A stretch of DNA of 62,443 nt, the filler included, from Choristocarpus tenellus KU-1152 (Eukaryota > Protista > Phaeophyceae), in assembly GCA_964200185.2 (NCBI GenBank). It is 12 parts of 12 records of this genome, joined end to end, with 100 filler letters (N's around TTAATTAATTAA, not from the genome) between each part and the next. Parts side by side here need not be neighbours in the genome. Positions count along the whole stretch, not along the records: positions 5,818 to 13,480 come from CAXNAD020005790.1; positions 13,581 to 18,815 come from CAXNAD020011403.1; positions 18,916 to 26,552 come from CAXNAD020005835.1; 9 more parts are not named here. One strand, given 5' to 3'. The notes under the pieces are model-generated. The model was not told where the DNA came from. It saw nothing but the letters and a program-made list of their open reading frames with translations, and searched no databases. The number at the start of each line of letters is the position of its first letter. Position 1 is the first letter of the stretch. Of this stretch, positions 12,809-25,320 are shown piece after piece. The position numbers and the translations under genes were made by a program.

Positions 12809-13267
12809 GTATTTCGAGCGCTCTGCAATCCTCGAGACCCGCCGAAAGGACGCACGTGGAACGGAAACGCTTCTTATACACTTGTAATGATGACATAGTA
12901 GTACCAAAACCCTCTGTAAAAGTTTGTTATTATTATTGTATTTATTTATTTATTTTTTAGACCGTGTGTAGTTCGGTCGGATAAATAGAGCCAGCATCAG
13001 CCATTCGGTGGAAGTAAATGAGAGGCACTTTGGAGACCTTTTTTTTCAAGTGTGTGTGTGTTGTGTGCGTGTGTTTTGACTGTTTTTCTCCTCTAAACTT
13101 TTGATGCCTCTGCTGCAGGTACTGTTTGATCATGGCTTCCCAGAGATGGCCACAATGATGTACGAGTTTGCGATCGATACGGAGGGCAATGACGTTGAGC
13201 CCATGGAGTGGTTGGGGAATGACCCGGGTCGCCTCGACCTTCACAACCTTCCCTTGAGTGCTGCCTT
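12809..13267 (+). CDS. Possible exons of an unidentified gene (12809-12883, 13119-13267)
   Basis: Pyrimidine-tract acceptors and GT donors with open phase-0 frames VFRALCNPRDPPKGRTWNGNASYTL and VLFDHGFPEMATMMYEFAIDTEGNDVEPMEWLG. No recognisable motif. Confidence 0.35.
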
Positions 13268-13956
13268 GTGAGTGACGAGGGTTTTCCTAGAGACTTGGTT
13301 GGATTGGTTGTCAGGTGTTAAGTCTTTATTTTTGGTATATTCGGAATGTGGTGTGTGTGTGTGTGCTTGTGTGTCACATTGTCATGTGATCTTGAGTTGT
13401 TTTTTTTGTAGGGGAGGGGGAGTCTGTTCGCTGACAAAATTATAACGGTTGAAAGATGGCGCACTGTGAGGTAAGGTAGGNNNNNNNNNNNNNNNNNNNN
13501 NNNNNNNNNNNNNNNNNNNNNNNNTTAATTAATTAANNNNNNNNNNNNNNNNNNNNNNNNNNNNNNNNNNNNNNNNNNNNCAATTGTATCTGACCGCGCG
13601 TCTTGTACATACAGTGTGTGTCGGCGATCCCAAAAAGGAACCTGTCCCTGACAATACTACTAATAATACTACTAATAATACTACTAATAATACTACTACT
13701 AATCATCATCATCATAATAATGATAATAATGATAATAATCATAATAATCATCCAGAAGTCGTGTCAAAACAGAGTTGTGATGAATGATTTAGAAGGACAA
13801 ATAAAACATCCAAAATAGAAAACATCGGTAGTAAATGATAGAATTGTACTCCAACCTAAAAAATAAACATCAACTTTTAGATAGTCTACACGCCTTTTGA
13901 TGATCTTGAACGCCTAAATTCCTATGTTTTGATTGATGTTTTGGTTTGTTTGAGAG

Positions 13957-16900
13957 ATGGCACTCTGGCCGTGGCTACCCTAAGCATATCGAGATGAGGT
14001 CGAGCTCCGCCAACGGGAGGCCACAGAGGAACTTGGGATATGCAGAAAGTGCTGAGGTGGAGGAACCTGGTGAAGGATTACCGCTCAGGTCTAATACGAC
14101 TAAGGCGCTAGGTGAAGCCGCTGAAGAGACCTACTATCCAACTATGGTGGAGCCAGCGACTCCGCAGGAATTGAGGAGGCGATGTTTTTCATGTTGCAAT
14201 GCCGTACTTCAAATTCGTGGGGGAGATGACGAGGCAACGATGGTAAGCTCCCCATGATTGAATCGATGTTCTTGCAGGTCAATATTTGGCTCCACCTTAC
14301 CCCACCAAAATTTAACCTCCCCCTAATCGGAAATAATTTCATCTCATGTTGACCCACAGCTGATGGATCAGCCTCAGTTCAGCGAACACCCGCTTTTAAA
14401 ACAGATAAGAGACCGTGTGTCGCTGCAGAGATACCTCACGATGGAGGAATTTGTGGACGACTTTGAAAGGTGAGTGGTGTGCCTACATACCATGACCAGA
14501 CTATTCATGAGACCACGTTGCCAAGGGAGGTTCATTGCAAATGAGGACCTTAGGATATATGCAATCCGTCTTGTTCAAATCGTTTTTACCGGGCGAGGGA
14601 TGATTAAAACTCTAATTGTGCCTCTCTCGGTGTGATACTGCATTTCGATCTACAGGTTTGCAGCTTCTTGTCTGAATGAAAAAGATCAATCCGTAGTCAT
14701 TCAGGAGCTGAACAGACATGTGGCCAAGACCTCTGTTCCCGTTCTAAAGCGTGTGGGCAAGGTAGGCTTCTTTCACCCAGGCGTTCGGCAAACACGACAT
14801 GTCGCTATCTGTACTTACTGGTGCCTTAGATACTGCTAGTGCCGAGAAGTCAAGCATTCTTGAGTATATGGACGGCTTGAAGTTCTTTTTAGTGGACCCT
14901 AGTTCTTGATTGTGCTAATGTTGGGTCATCAAGACAGGTTGGTAATCTTGAGCATTGTGTGTTCCTCTTTCCTCATGTCTGGCTTCATGTGCCTCAATCC
15001 AATTTCCCACATGTATGGATCCAGGCATCTTTCAAGGGCTTCACACAGCCACTGATTGACGACATTATGGTCGAGGATCGAAAATCACGGCAGAAGGATC
15101 CGTCCGGTCTTAAAGAGTTCAATATTGGACGCTTCTTTGGGATTGCATATGGACATGGGCTGGCAAGGGGGGCAAGGTAGGACACAATGTTGGGTCTACA
15201 AGAGGGTGGTGAGACTTCCTCCATCCATTGATGTCTTGCAGCATCATCAGGAACAGTAGAGGTGGACAGTATTGTAGTGCTTTGTGAGGTACTGAAATCC
15301 TTTCAGAGTGTGGTACACCCCCCCATTCAAATGATGACCTTTAGTTGAACCAGAACAGTGCCATTGGCAAGACCATGGTAAATTTGAAGGCTCATAAATT
15401 GTCAAAAAGCACACTGCCTCTAGTGACAGCAGGGGAGATTCTTGGCATTTGAACTTTGTTTTCATGTCCGCTGCCCTCACTTCCTCTTGCCCAACCCTTA
15501 GATCACCCTTGACCTATGACCCCATTCAAGGTTTACTGGAAAGGAGAGCAAGGAGATGGAGTACAATCGGGAAAGAGCCGAAAAGGAGGATGGACAAAGA
15601 GCTCTTGTGGCAGAAGAGCTGCAGAAGGTATGGCCTAGACATGGTATCTGACTTCATGCTTTCACCTGAACTTTTTCTGTGCTCCTGTATTAAAGTGTGT
15701 TGAAGTTCGAGCTGCTGTCATACACATCTTTTGTTTGTTGATACACTTAAGTGCAGTGATCATGTGTATGTGAAATTTTGTGCATGTGTATGAACGTACC
15801 CTTCACGCCCTTTGCATTGTACAGGGACGTGTTCCTCTGTAGTGGTTTTTCAGTGGAAGTGAAGAGCACAGAACTTGTAGTGTCCTTTGCTTTAGCAGGA
15901 GCGCACAAAAATGGTCTCCTTGTGATTCCAAGACAAACAGTAGCTAACTCCGCCCAAGACTATGGAAGGAACTTTGTGGATTCTTGGCATGACCAGAGGT
16001 AGAAAAGATGAGGGATTTTAGTGTGCTTCCAGATGATGAACAAGAGATGGGTCAGGTGGACAAGAAAATTCAGGCTACACTCACCAAGAAATGGTATGGT
16101 TTATCAACATTTTCTGTATTGGATCAGGACTATCCCCATAGAGATAGAAGAGAGAGAGAGAGATGAGGAAGGTTCTGTCTACGAGGACAAAACCTTGTGC
16201 CTTGTTCATATATGAATGTGTCTGCCTTTTCTGCTACAAATTTGTGTTGGTATGGTCCCTCCCCATGGTTCCTATTTTTGTCATTTGAAATGTACTCCTG
16301 TTGCTTGATACTCTGCACTGCACAGCACAAAGAGCAAGAATCTAAAAGGAAGAGAAAGAGGACGGAGGCTGCAGAGCTCAAGGGTGGAGGAGGAAGGAGG
16401 AAGCCTCGCATATCGGTGGGTTGTTATTTTAGTCCAAGCTCTTATAGTTGTGAAACGCCTACTTCTTTCTTGAAAAAAGTACCTTTTTTTGTTGTTGCAG
16501 CAGAGGTTGTCCACCATATGTCCTGTTCTTTGTGCACCATGTGCTCAATGACCTCGCTGTGGTGCCAACTTGTACTTTTTATTTTATATTGAACTTGTTT
16601 TACTCTCTGTGAGCAGGGAGATGCCAAGATGGACCGTCCTGAGAGGGCCAAGAGGCGTGGTGCTGTCTTCACTGCCACTGGCGAGAACAGATCCTGTGGT
16701 GTAACAAGCAGGGCCCGCCTGAAGAGGAGGGTGGGAATTCAATGTCACCACCTACAGGTAGATTTTCAATCGTTTCTAGTTTTTGATTTAGTGTTTTGAT
16801 GTAGTGATAATCTTGACAGGTGTGCATGTACAAGTTCAACACCTATACAACCTATGGCATGAAACTCAATCCCTTGCTGGGCTAATGGTACGGTAGCATG

Positions 16901-17605
16901 AGCATGATTGGTGGGTGCTTGTGTCACTTGTTGTGGTGAAGCTATGATTTCTAGAGGTGGATTTTCATTGGATACCCCTCTCCCTTGCGACCCACCCCTG
17001 AAATGCCTCCCTTTTTGTGCTCAGGACAAGGTGGTAGAGCTCGATGATGGGCAAGACTTCGAGTCAATATCAGGAGTTCTCAGGATGAGCCTCATATGGT
17101 GCCATTGTGGCTGCAATAATCAGTTTTCCGGTGGGTATTCAGTGTTGAAGATGATGGCGTGCGTGTTGGTGCAGACAAGTTGTTTGGACCTGAGAAAGAA
17201 CAGCTACATTAGATGTGATGTCTGCCATGACCATGGGCTGTTTTAATACCACCCTCTACTTGCAGCATCAAGTTGTACTCTTCTTCAATAAGCAAAATTG
17301 TCGATAGGAGGTTTCGTATGACATTAATCACAGTGGAGTTATCACATAAACTAACTTCCTGAATGGCTTGCCTCCTGACTGTTGACACGAGACTGGTATG
17401 TGTGATGTATGTGTGATGTATATGTTGAAATGGTACTGTTTAGAACCTTCCCATTTGAAAGTTTGAGTTGATTCTATGGTCTAATCGCGTAGGTGGACGA
17501 TGGGTTGAACACGCTGGCGGAAGATTGAGGGAGAAGCAGGGAGGGTATCCCTTCAAGTACATCAGACTGCGGGAGACTAAGGAGAACATATATGCTCATT
17601 GCAAG
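13957..17605 (+). CDS. Multi-exon putative chromatin protein: degenerate bromodomain-like region, basic NLS-like linker, SAND/TDBD-like domain (partial)
   Basis: Phase-consistent exons ~13957-14242, 14360-14469, 14656-14761, 15025-15176, 15531-15627, 16326-16415, 16617-16757, 17025-17130, 17493-17605. HPLLKQIRDRVSLQRYLTMEEFVDDFERFAASC is bromo-like; SGVLRMSLIWCHCGCNNQFSGGRWVEHAGGR...YPFKYIRL is SAND/TDBD-like. Confidence 0.7.
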
Positions 17606-18628
17606 GTGTACCACTATTGCTAGTAATAATTATAATGATAATAATAATATTAATGATAATAATAACAATTCTCTGAGAAGATACGAGCGCATGTTTTAAC
17701 TGAAATAATATTATCAACAATAATATTATTTATTATAATAATGCTTTGAGCAAGTCCAGGTGCAGTTTGAGTTTAAGTATCTTAGATGGGAGTGGATTTT
17801 GTCGATGTTGCTATGAAGGGGTTGCAAAATGTGATGCCTGACATTTCCATAGCCCAAATTCAGGTAACCTCCATGAGAGGTCTGTGTAAATAGGCGGAAT
17901 GACCCTGCAAATGGACATATAGTCATTGGATTGGAGGGTGTAGGGATGTGAAGATGCAGTTCGGAATGCAGTCACAGGGACCCTTGACAACAATAGCGTC
18001 TCCCTCTACCTGCCTTTGGATCTTTTTTTTTCTTGGGTTATCACTACCATAGGTGGTCCTAATGTTGGAAGGCATGCTTGGTCCACTGTGGTACATTAAG
18101 ATGGAGTCTGCTAATCTATTTATTGTACTGGAGTAGTACAGTGAATGTCAGTAGGTCTCATGATCTAGAGCTTGAGATCATGTGCTTTACTCTAGGGTAC
18201 CTCTCAAGCATTTAAATTGAATTTGATTTGATAACCCACCACTTTTTCGATTTTAACCATGGCTATCGGAAACACCACTGCATGCATCTATTGTGGTCTG
18301 CTGTCATCCTTTTCTCAACTGGAGAACTGAACATTGTGCACCTTGCTTGCAAGTGTATTTGGCTTTTTGTTTTGTGTGGAGTGTGACTGTATAGAGTCTA
18401 TAGGTGGTTGTTTAGACCGCTATAAAGAAAAACACTGAGATATCTCAAACCACCTTCATATTCTATGTTAAACCCAATTATCGAAACCCCTTGTGGGTAC
18501 ATACACATCCCTCCCTTTATGCCCTGTGTCCCTCACCTATGAGTGACTCTAATGTTGTACCTTGAATAGGCACAGTAGTGTTTGCCTGCCTGTGCTGTTT
18601 GCGCCCAACGGTGTAATATAATGAGATA

Positions 18629-18815
18629 TAAGAAGTGATGTAAGAAGTGATGTAAGAAGTGATGTAAGAAGTGATGTAAGAAGTGATGTAAGAAGTGATG
18701 TAAGAAGTGATGTAAGAAGTGATGTAAGAAGTGATGTAAGAAGTGATGTAAGAAGTGATGTAAGAAGTGATGTAAGAAGTGATATAAGAAGTGATGTAAG
18801 AAGTGATGTAAGAAG
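18629..18815. repeat. 12-bp satellite (TAAGAAGTGATG)n, about 15 copies, running into the contig end
   Basis: Direct inspection. Confidence 0.95.
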
Positions 18816-19122
18816 NNNNNNNNNNNNNNNNNNNNNNNNNNNNNNNNNNNNNNNNNNNNTTAATTAATTAANNNNNNNNNNNNNNNNNNNNNNNNNNNNN
18901 NNNNNNNNNNNNNNNCCAGATACTTTGACCCAGAGGTTTGTACGAGTTCATGTGCCCAAGTTCCGTTTTGTTGTACCTTCCCACTTTGGTCTTATACATG
19001 CCCCTCCACGAGTACAGGTCACTTTCTCCTCACTTCTAGGAGTACGTGTATCACTACGTAGCTTCACTCACGCGCCTTAAAGTTAGCTTCCTTACCATCC
19101 TGCTACTTCCCTTATCCACCAG

Positions 19123-19817
19123 ACTCTCAAGTTTGACCACCTGTGTGACAACTTCAACCTGCACGAAGCTTTGGATGGTGCAGAACCGTTACTTAGGGCC
19201 AACAAAGATGCCGCAGGTAAACTTTACATTTGTCCAACCTCGAAAATATATTTTCCACGTCCTTCAAAAGCCTTCGATCATTTAAGTCCAAAGGCATCCA
19301 GCTAGAGAATTGTAGTTGATTTGGTATTGAAATGTCTTGCCATGTTTCCTCACAGAATGCTGACATAATCAGTAGACATCCCATGTTCAATATTACAGTT
19401 CTAATGCAATATCTGTTTCCTTCCCTCTATGGCACGAATTCGATTTGAAGGTGTGGTCACGAGCGTTGAGCTGAGTTCAGCTTCAGGCGCTACTGGATAC
19501 ATTCCTGTCACTGTTCCCAGCAATGTGTCGGTGAGAACTGCTGTTGTTGTTATGAAGCGGATATCAATGGGTATTGCATTGTCACATTAGTTTGAGGTTA
19601 TTTCGAATCTTCCTTTTCTCTCTCCTCACCCAGTACATCAATGCATATTCAATACTCAGTAAAATACGACCTTTTCACCTCACCTTTTTCCCAGGTGAAT
19701 GTCTCCATTGTTGCTGGTGGGAGTACCGAAACGTACGGCACCGACAAGACGTATTATCTTGCCACTGCTCCGAGTGCTATCCCTACACCACGTCCTGCCC
19801 CTACAGAAGAAGCATGA
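19123..19817 (+). CDS. Last three exons (19123-19216, 19451-19530, 19695-19817) of a gene whose C-terminus resembles Agd3/CE18-type polysaccharide deacetylase
   Basis: Phase-consistent splicing gives TLKFDHLCDNFNLHEALDGAEPLLRANKDAAGVVTSVELSSASGATGYIPVTVPSNVSVNVSIVAGGSTETYGTDKTYYLATAPSAIPTPRPAPTEEA*. The pattern TLKxD..D..P.L..T.V....IPVTxP..G..TE..GxD is recalled from fungal Agd3 C-termini. Confidence 0.6.
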
Positions 19818-22800
19818 TTCAGTCCCATACTAGGTGGAAGTGATGATTGTAGACTAGAATTAGAATGGTTGGGTAGACGCAACTGTTGAAGTGGTAGTAG
19901 TGAGGTGGTGAAGTACATACTCGAAGTGGTTGGGCGATACACCGTACGTGTTGAGGAGTTGCAAGGCGGAGGAGAACTTGTTGCATCTTGTTTAGTGTTG
20001 AGTGGTGATCAAATGTTGAATCTGTGTTCTCATGTGTTTAGTTACGTGTAAGGCAGGTGGATATCTTGCAAAAGTACAGCTTTTTTGGCTTTGGGGGTTG
20101 AGTCACATTCTGTGCAATCCATTGATTTGCTGGAAGTATCCCACACTTTTCTTTGCCATGGAGGATTATCTCACTATAGATTGTTGGGATTGTTGGGGAC
20201 ATTTTGTGTCATGTATAGAACTCATTGTTTGACTACTTTCGTGGATTTTGTATTGAATTGGGGAGCTAATTACGATCCAAAGTACTATGTAGAAGGTATG
20301 AAAAACCGTTGGGGCTTGGCTCTATGTTGGAAAGGGTAGGTTTGGGCAAGGACATGATGGAACTTTGCCTTGAGTACGGTGCTGATGGGATACTTGGTAA
20401 TGTGGACGCCCTTTTCTCTTTGGTCCCCCTGGTTATTGGCTGAAGTATTTTTCATGGTCATGTTTGTTGTTTGAAGAAGAATTTACGTGGAGCGTCCTCT
20501 TTACAAGATTTATTTTGTTTTATGTGAGAAGTGAGTGAAAGATGGTGATGATAAGGACCATCAAGTAGCAGAGTTTGAATACACAATAGTTTAGGGTTAG
20601 GTGATAGGCGTCGATGTTCTTGAATCATTAGTTGAAGGAGTCAGTGCAATAATGAAGTAGTGGTAAACCCTTTCCAACAAGGATAGCCCTCTCATTTTGA
20701 TCCGATTTTAGAGGTCAAGTAAGGCAGCGTTGATGATTGGAGTATGTATACAGCAGGTTGCATATGTCTTTTAGCTTATAGTCTACAGAAATCGAGTGGA
20801 CGAAGAAAAAAAATAAAGGGCCTTTGGACACACCATCCATTACCCCTCTTTATCAGTTCTTTGATCTTGAGTGAAACATTGAGAGAAGAACGCCTCACAC
20901 CCAAGAAACTGTTATCAAGGGCAACGCCCCCATAGCATCGTTTTAAGGTCGTTGGATTTTAGTTACGCATCTTGTGGAGGTGAGTTATAGAGCGTTTCGT
21001 AACAGCACACCTTTCCTCGCAATTCAGTACCTGGATGGATGTTGTCACCCTGGGAGACTTTTTTCTTGATCTCCTCGCACTTCCTGTATTATATAATCAT
21101 GTGAGCAATAATCGCTGGGCCGGAGAAAGGTGAAGATTTGGTCGAGAATATGGTAGTTAAATCCATACCCTTGGTAATCACTGGGCGAAGAATGGAGACC
21201 AAGAGGATACTTTTCCGCCACCTCTTCCTTGTGATTGGATGTATGAGAATTGTCGAAGGTGAGCCTCGCAATCCTTTGGGAGTTCCTCTACTCTATGATG
21301 GAATCAGTGATGATATCTCTGTGGCCGTCTTCAGGCTCACTCCCTCCGAGCCCAGGTTGTAAATCTGTACATTTCTGAGAACCTGAACCTGTTGAACTCA
21401 CTGTGCCACAGACATTATCAACCCCGCTGGCACCACACGGGGCAAGAGGCATCCTGGCCCTGAAGTTCATCGTCCCCAACATGGTACCCTTTGTCATCTT
21501 GGTGTGGAGGCTTGCCAAACATATCGTATTGTGCAGTAAGAGGGATATAGGCTGTGCTGATGGTGATGAATACTGAGGAGAAATTGGGTTCTGGATGGAG
21601 CCTTCGACCTATTTGTTTGCAGAGGACTTGAGTCCCAGACTTCCCAAAATTCTCCTCTTTTTCTTCAAGGCCATTTTTTCTTGGCTCTTTTCTCATCACC
21701 ATGAGCAACACTCGTACTCTCATCAGACATTATTATGCATATCTCATCGTTTTTGTAGTCATCCACACCACGAACATGCACCACTGCCTCTTCCTGCACC
21801 TTGGCAGTGTCGTTACTGTAGTCTTAGATGACCTCTTGATGTACCTGTGATGGTGTTTTTTTTGTCTTTTTTGAACTCAGTCAGGGCACCATATTTTGCT
21901 TCCTCAAGAGATGCGATAGCATCACCATCAGCCTTATTATTTAGTAGCAGCTTTCTTGTTAGGAGGTAGTAAATCAGAAACAGCTCCTAACCTATAAGGC
22001 TATGTATTATCATGTTGACACTACTTTTAGTTACACCTACCTTGTGCCCCCTTGATTGACAGCGCTTTTCCTGCTGATAATATTTTTGCCACATCCACAA
22101 TGCACAATGCACACTCATTCACCATTTCAGTCTACATTGTACTTTCCTTGGAATATTATTTATTGGTACCTCAATATTTTCAACTTACTGTAGACCTGTA
22201 GTTTCCACCTTGATCTTAGTCTCGCGTATTTTGCTGCAGTCAGTGATAGACAGGGAAGTTTTAGGAGGTGTTCAAACTGTTGAGCTTACGAGATGGAATA
22301 GCATAGTCGAAACCAGATTTCCGTAAAAACAATATGGCGCTGAAGGGGTTCGATTTGCCTAAATATATGTCATATCCACTAACCCATCGGTGTTAATTAT
22401 CTACAACCAAATCGACCAAGCAAGGAGGTAGACTGATCCTGATACCAAGAAAAGGATTTTCGATTCCTTGGGCAACGTCATATTCCATACCAGACAGTGG
22501 TAGACCTGTTGTGTGAGAATGCATTTGTGATTTAGATGAAGGTACCCCATTTCTCCTGACCCAAGTACCTATGGGACTCCTTTCCTGGATGTACACTAAA
22601 GATCGTGTTGTCAAATGGGAGTCTTTATATTCATCTCTGGAAACATCACCTACGGTTGATCAGTACTTATATTCAAGACATAACGGTTATATGCCCGATT
22701 AGGTACCAATTTTTTTTTGAGTAGAGACAAATTGACACACCTTACCGTTATGTGTAGTATGCCTTCCTGAAACTTCGCAAACTTCATCTATAATATTATA

Positions 22801-23692
22801 TTAGTAGTTACAATAGTAGTAGTCTACAAGACCACATTTTAGTCTATCAAGACAAGGGTGATGAAGACGAAAGCACGTAGGAAAGAGGGACGTAGGGGCC
22901 TAGAATGTAGCAGCCTGGTCCACAAGAAGAGGCGAACTGAAAGGATCAAGGAGAGATCGCAAATGGCCGATGTTAAAGGAGGTGTGTTTGCTGGTTTGTT
23001 AGTGTGTACCGCTTATCAAGACATCGCTTTCATTAACACCTCTCCTATCCCTTCCTCTCTCTCGATCCCCCTTTCTTTCACTCTTCCTGCGTCCGGGTGC
23101 TGCACTCTTCTCAGTTTCTCCTCTCTTCTCTAATGTGACTCTCTCCTCGCTCTGCTATATTACAGGGCATCGTTCACGCAAACCTTTGAACCCAAAGCCC
23201 GCCCCCTTTACTTACGTTACACTACTCCTATTACCAGCACCACCACATTCCGAGCATGCTAGTGACAAGATCGAATGACCCACCATAGCTACGGTTAAAA
23301 TGAACCAAAAACCGCACAAAGTTCCACTCTCCTGACATCCAACACCCCCCGCCCCTTTCCTCACCACTGCCATGTTGGTGTGCCAGGTGTGGGTGCACCA
23401 TCAGGAATGTGAGCTTCATGGGGAAATTTAGCTGTTTATAGACCCCTCTTGATACTGGTCTTGGTTGATGTTGATCTCGAGCTTTTTTGACCATGCTTTG
23501 TTCTATTGTGTACGTTTGCGTGTGGTTCGGTTGAGGTCGAACCGAGTGATGCGGTTGGTTTGCAAGGCGCTCTCTGGTGCGTGCGAGCAACCGAGCGAAA
23601 TATTAAATGGTTTGGACGGTCAGGTGAAAAGGGATCAGGGACCTATCAGGGGTGACTTAAGTGGGTCTATGTATCCACCACTACACACACAC

Positions 23693-23754
<62 letters not shown>

Positions 23755-23758
23755 GCAG

Positions 23759-25320
23759 ACGGAACTTGGGTCACAGTGAGCACCTCCATCGACCCAGGAC
23801 TATCCTCACCAAGGCGCACCAGGGAACCAAGTATCAAGCCGAGGGAAACGGCAAGAGCAACAGTAACAGTGGAAGCTGCCGACCAGCAGAGGTGGGTTAT
23901 GCCTGTAGGGTGTCCCTCATGTTGATGCTATCCCCCTTTTTATTCAATGCTGACCGTCTTTTGCATTTATGTTTGTGTTATGATATTGGATTTTGAAAGG
24001 CAAGTGCAATTCAGACTGAATATGCAGCAGTGGATGCCCGCACCAGAGCAAGCAGGACATCTGCAGAATATCGGAGGCGTCGAGCGGCCAAGGTCCACAT
24101 TTCTGCAGCGACGAAAGGCCTGTGTAGATTGTCGGAGTACGGCAGGTGAGATGGCTACACAGTTGATGGGTGAGGGAGTTGTTCTGTAGTTATTACTGTA
24201 CTTTTAGAAATATAATTATCCAAAGGCAGAACTGCATGTTGCAGTACACTCAAGTAGTAGTGAGTATTTGGAGGTCGCCATGCTATCTTCTTGTATCCTT
24301 TTATGTCAATTAGCATTGACTGATACCATCACTCCTGTGTGTCGCTTCAGCAACTTAGAATGTTGTAACAGTATTGAGTAGTGCTTGCACATATTGTGTA
24401 GTGACGGGGACAATGAGGAGATGACGTAGAGATTTATGCTCTCAAAACACACTGAACAGTTCCTAAACTCTCTACGCATTGTCAGTTGAACCTGTTTCGC
24501 ACTTAACAGTGAGAAAAACTGCACTGTAGCTTGAAGTATGCCCTCCAGCATTTGGAAAGTTCAAAGGCTTGCAGTCATGCAGAGGAGTTGTATTATTGTT
24601 CATAGTCCGAGTTTGCAATAGATGCAGGACGACCTCATGGAAGGATCAGAGAAGAGGGATAATTTCCTGTGAAGTTGCATTTGTTTGATGATGAATAGGG
24701 AAGACATAATCAAAGCAAATACTTGCCAAGGTGATATATTCTTGGAAGTGTCTGTGATGAAACAAACCCCAAAGACTGCATCACCTGCTGGATGCTCACA
24801 GTGTCTCCTCCCCCCCCACCCGTACACCACCAGCTTCTCCTGCACTCTCAATGGTTACAGTTCAGATTTCAAGTGGTACTGACATGTTTGCACATGCTGG
24901 AGTGTTTGCTGAGCTCAGGCGATCCAATTTTTCCTTTTAACCCATGCTTTTTTCGTTTTCGTTTTCAGTTTGTTCCTGTGCTGCTGGGTTATGACACCGC
25001 TGCCTGTCTTTCCGTGTGGTTCGATCTGTTGGCAGTCAATCTCCATCTTCCCAGCAGGAGTTTGCAGTCAACACTGCATCATCTTCGAAGCGGATGGTGG
25101 ATGCCCTGCTCGAGAGCATCACAGACAACAAACCTGTGAGTAGGAGTAGGATTGTTGTATGCATATTGAAACATCTTTCTATCTCATTGGCGTGGTGGTT
25201 GGTGACTTGAAGTTGTCGCCATGGCTAAGTTTCGTTTTCAGAACATGCGGTTGTTCTTGCCAAGGAACAGGGGGAAAAGATGGTCGTGCAACACTCTAGG
25301 CACCATCTCTCCAAGTTGCT
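23759..25320 (+). CDS. Possible exons of an unidentified gene or pseudogene
   Basis: Splice-bounded open segments near 23759-23891, 24000-24145 and 25058-25135 (EFAVNTASSSKRMVDALLESITDNKP|gtgagt). The exon chain could not be fully resolved. Confidence 0.3.

Noticed and set aside
15825-16200. Stop-containing 'exon' suggesting a pseudogene, recoding or RNA editing
   Set aside because: The stop frequency is about what random sequence gives, and exon 15531-15627 splices coherently in phase to 16326, so this is most likely intron
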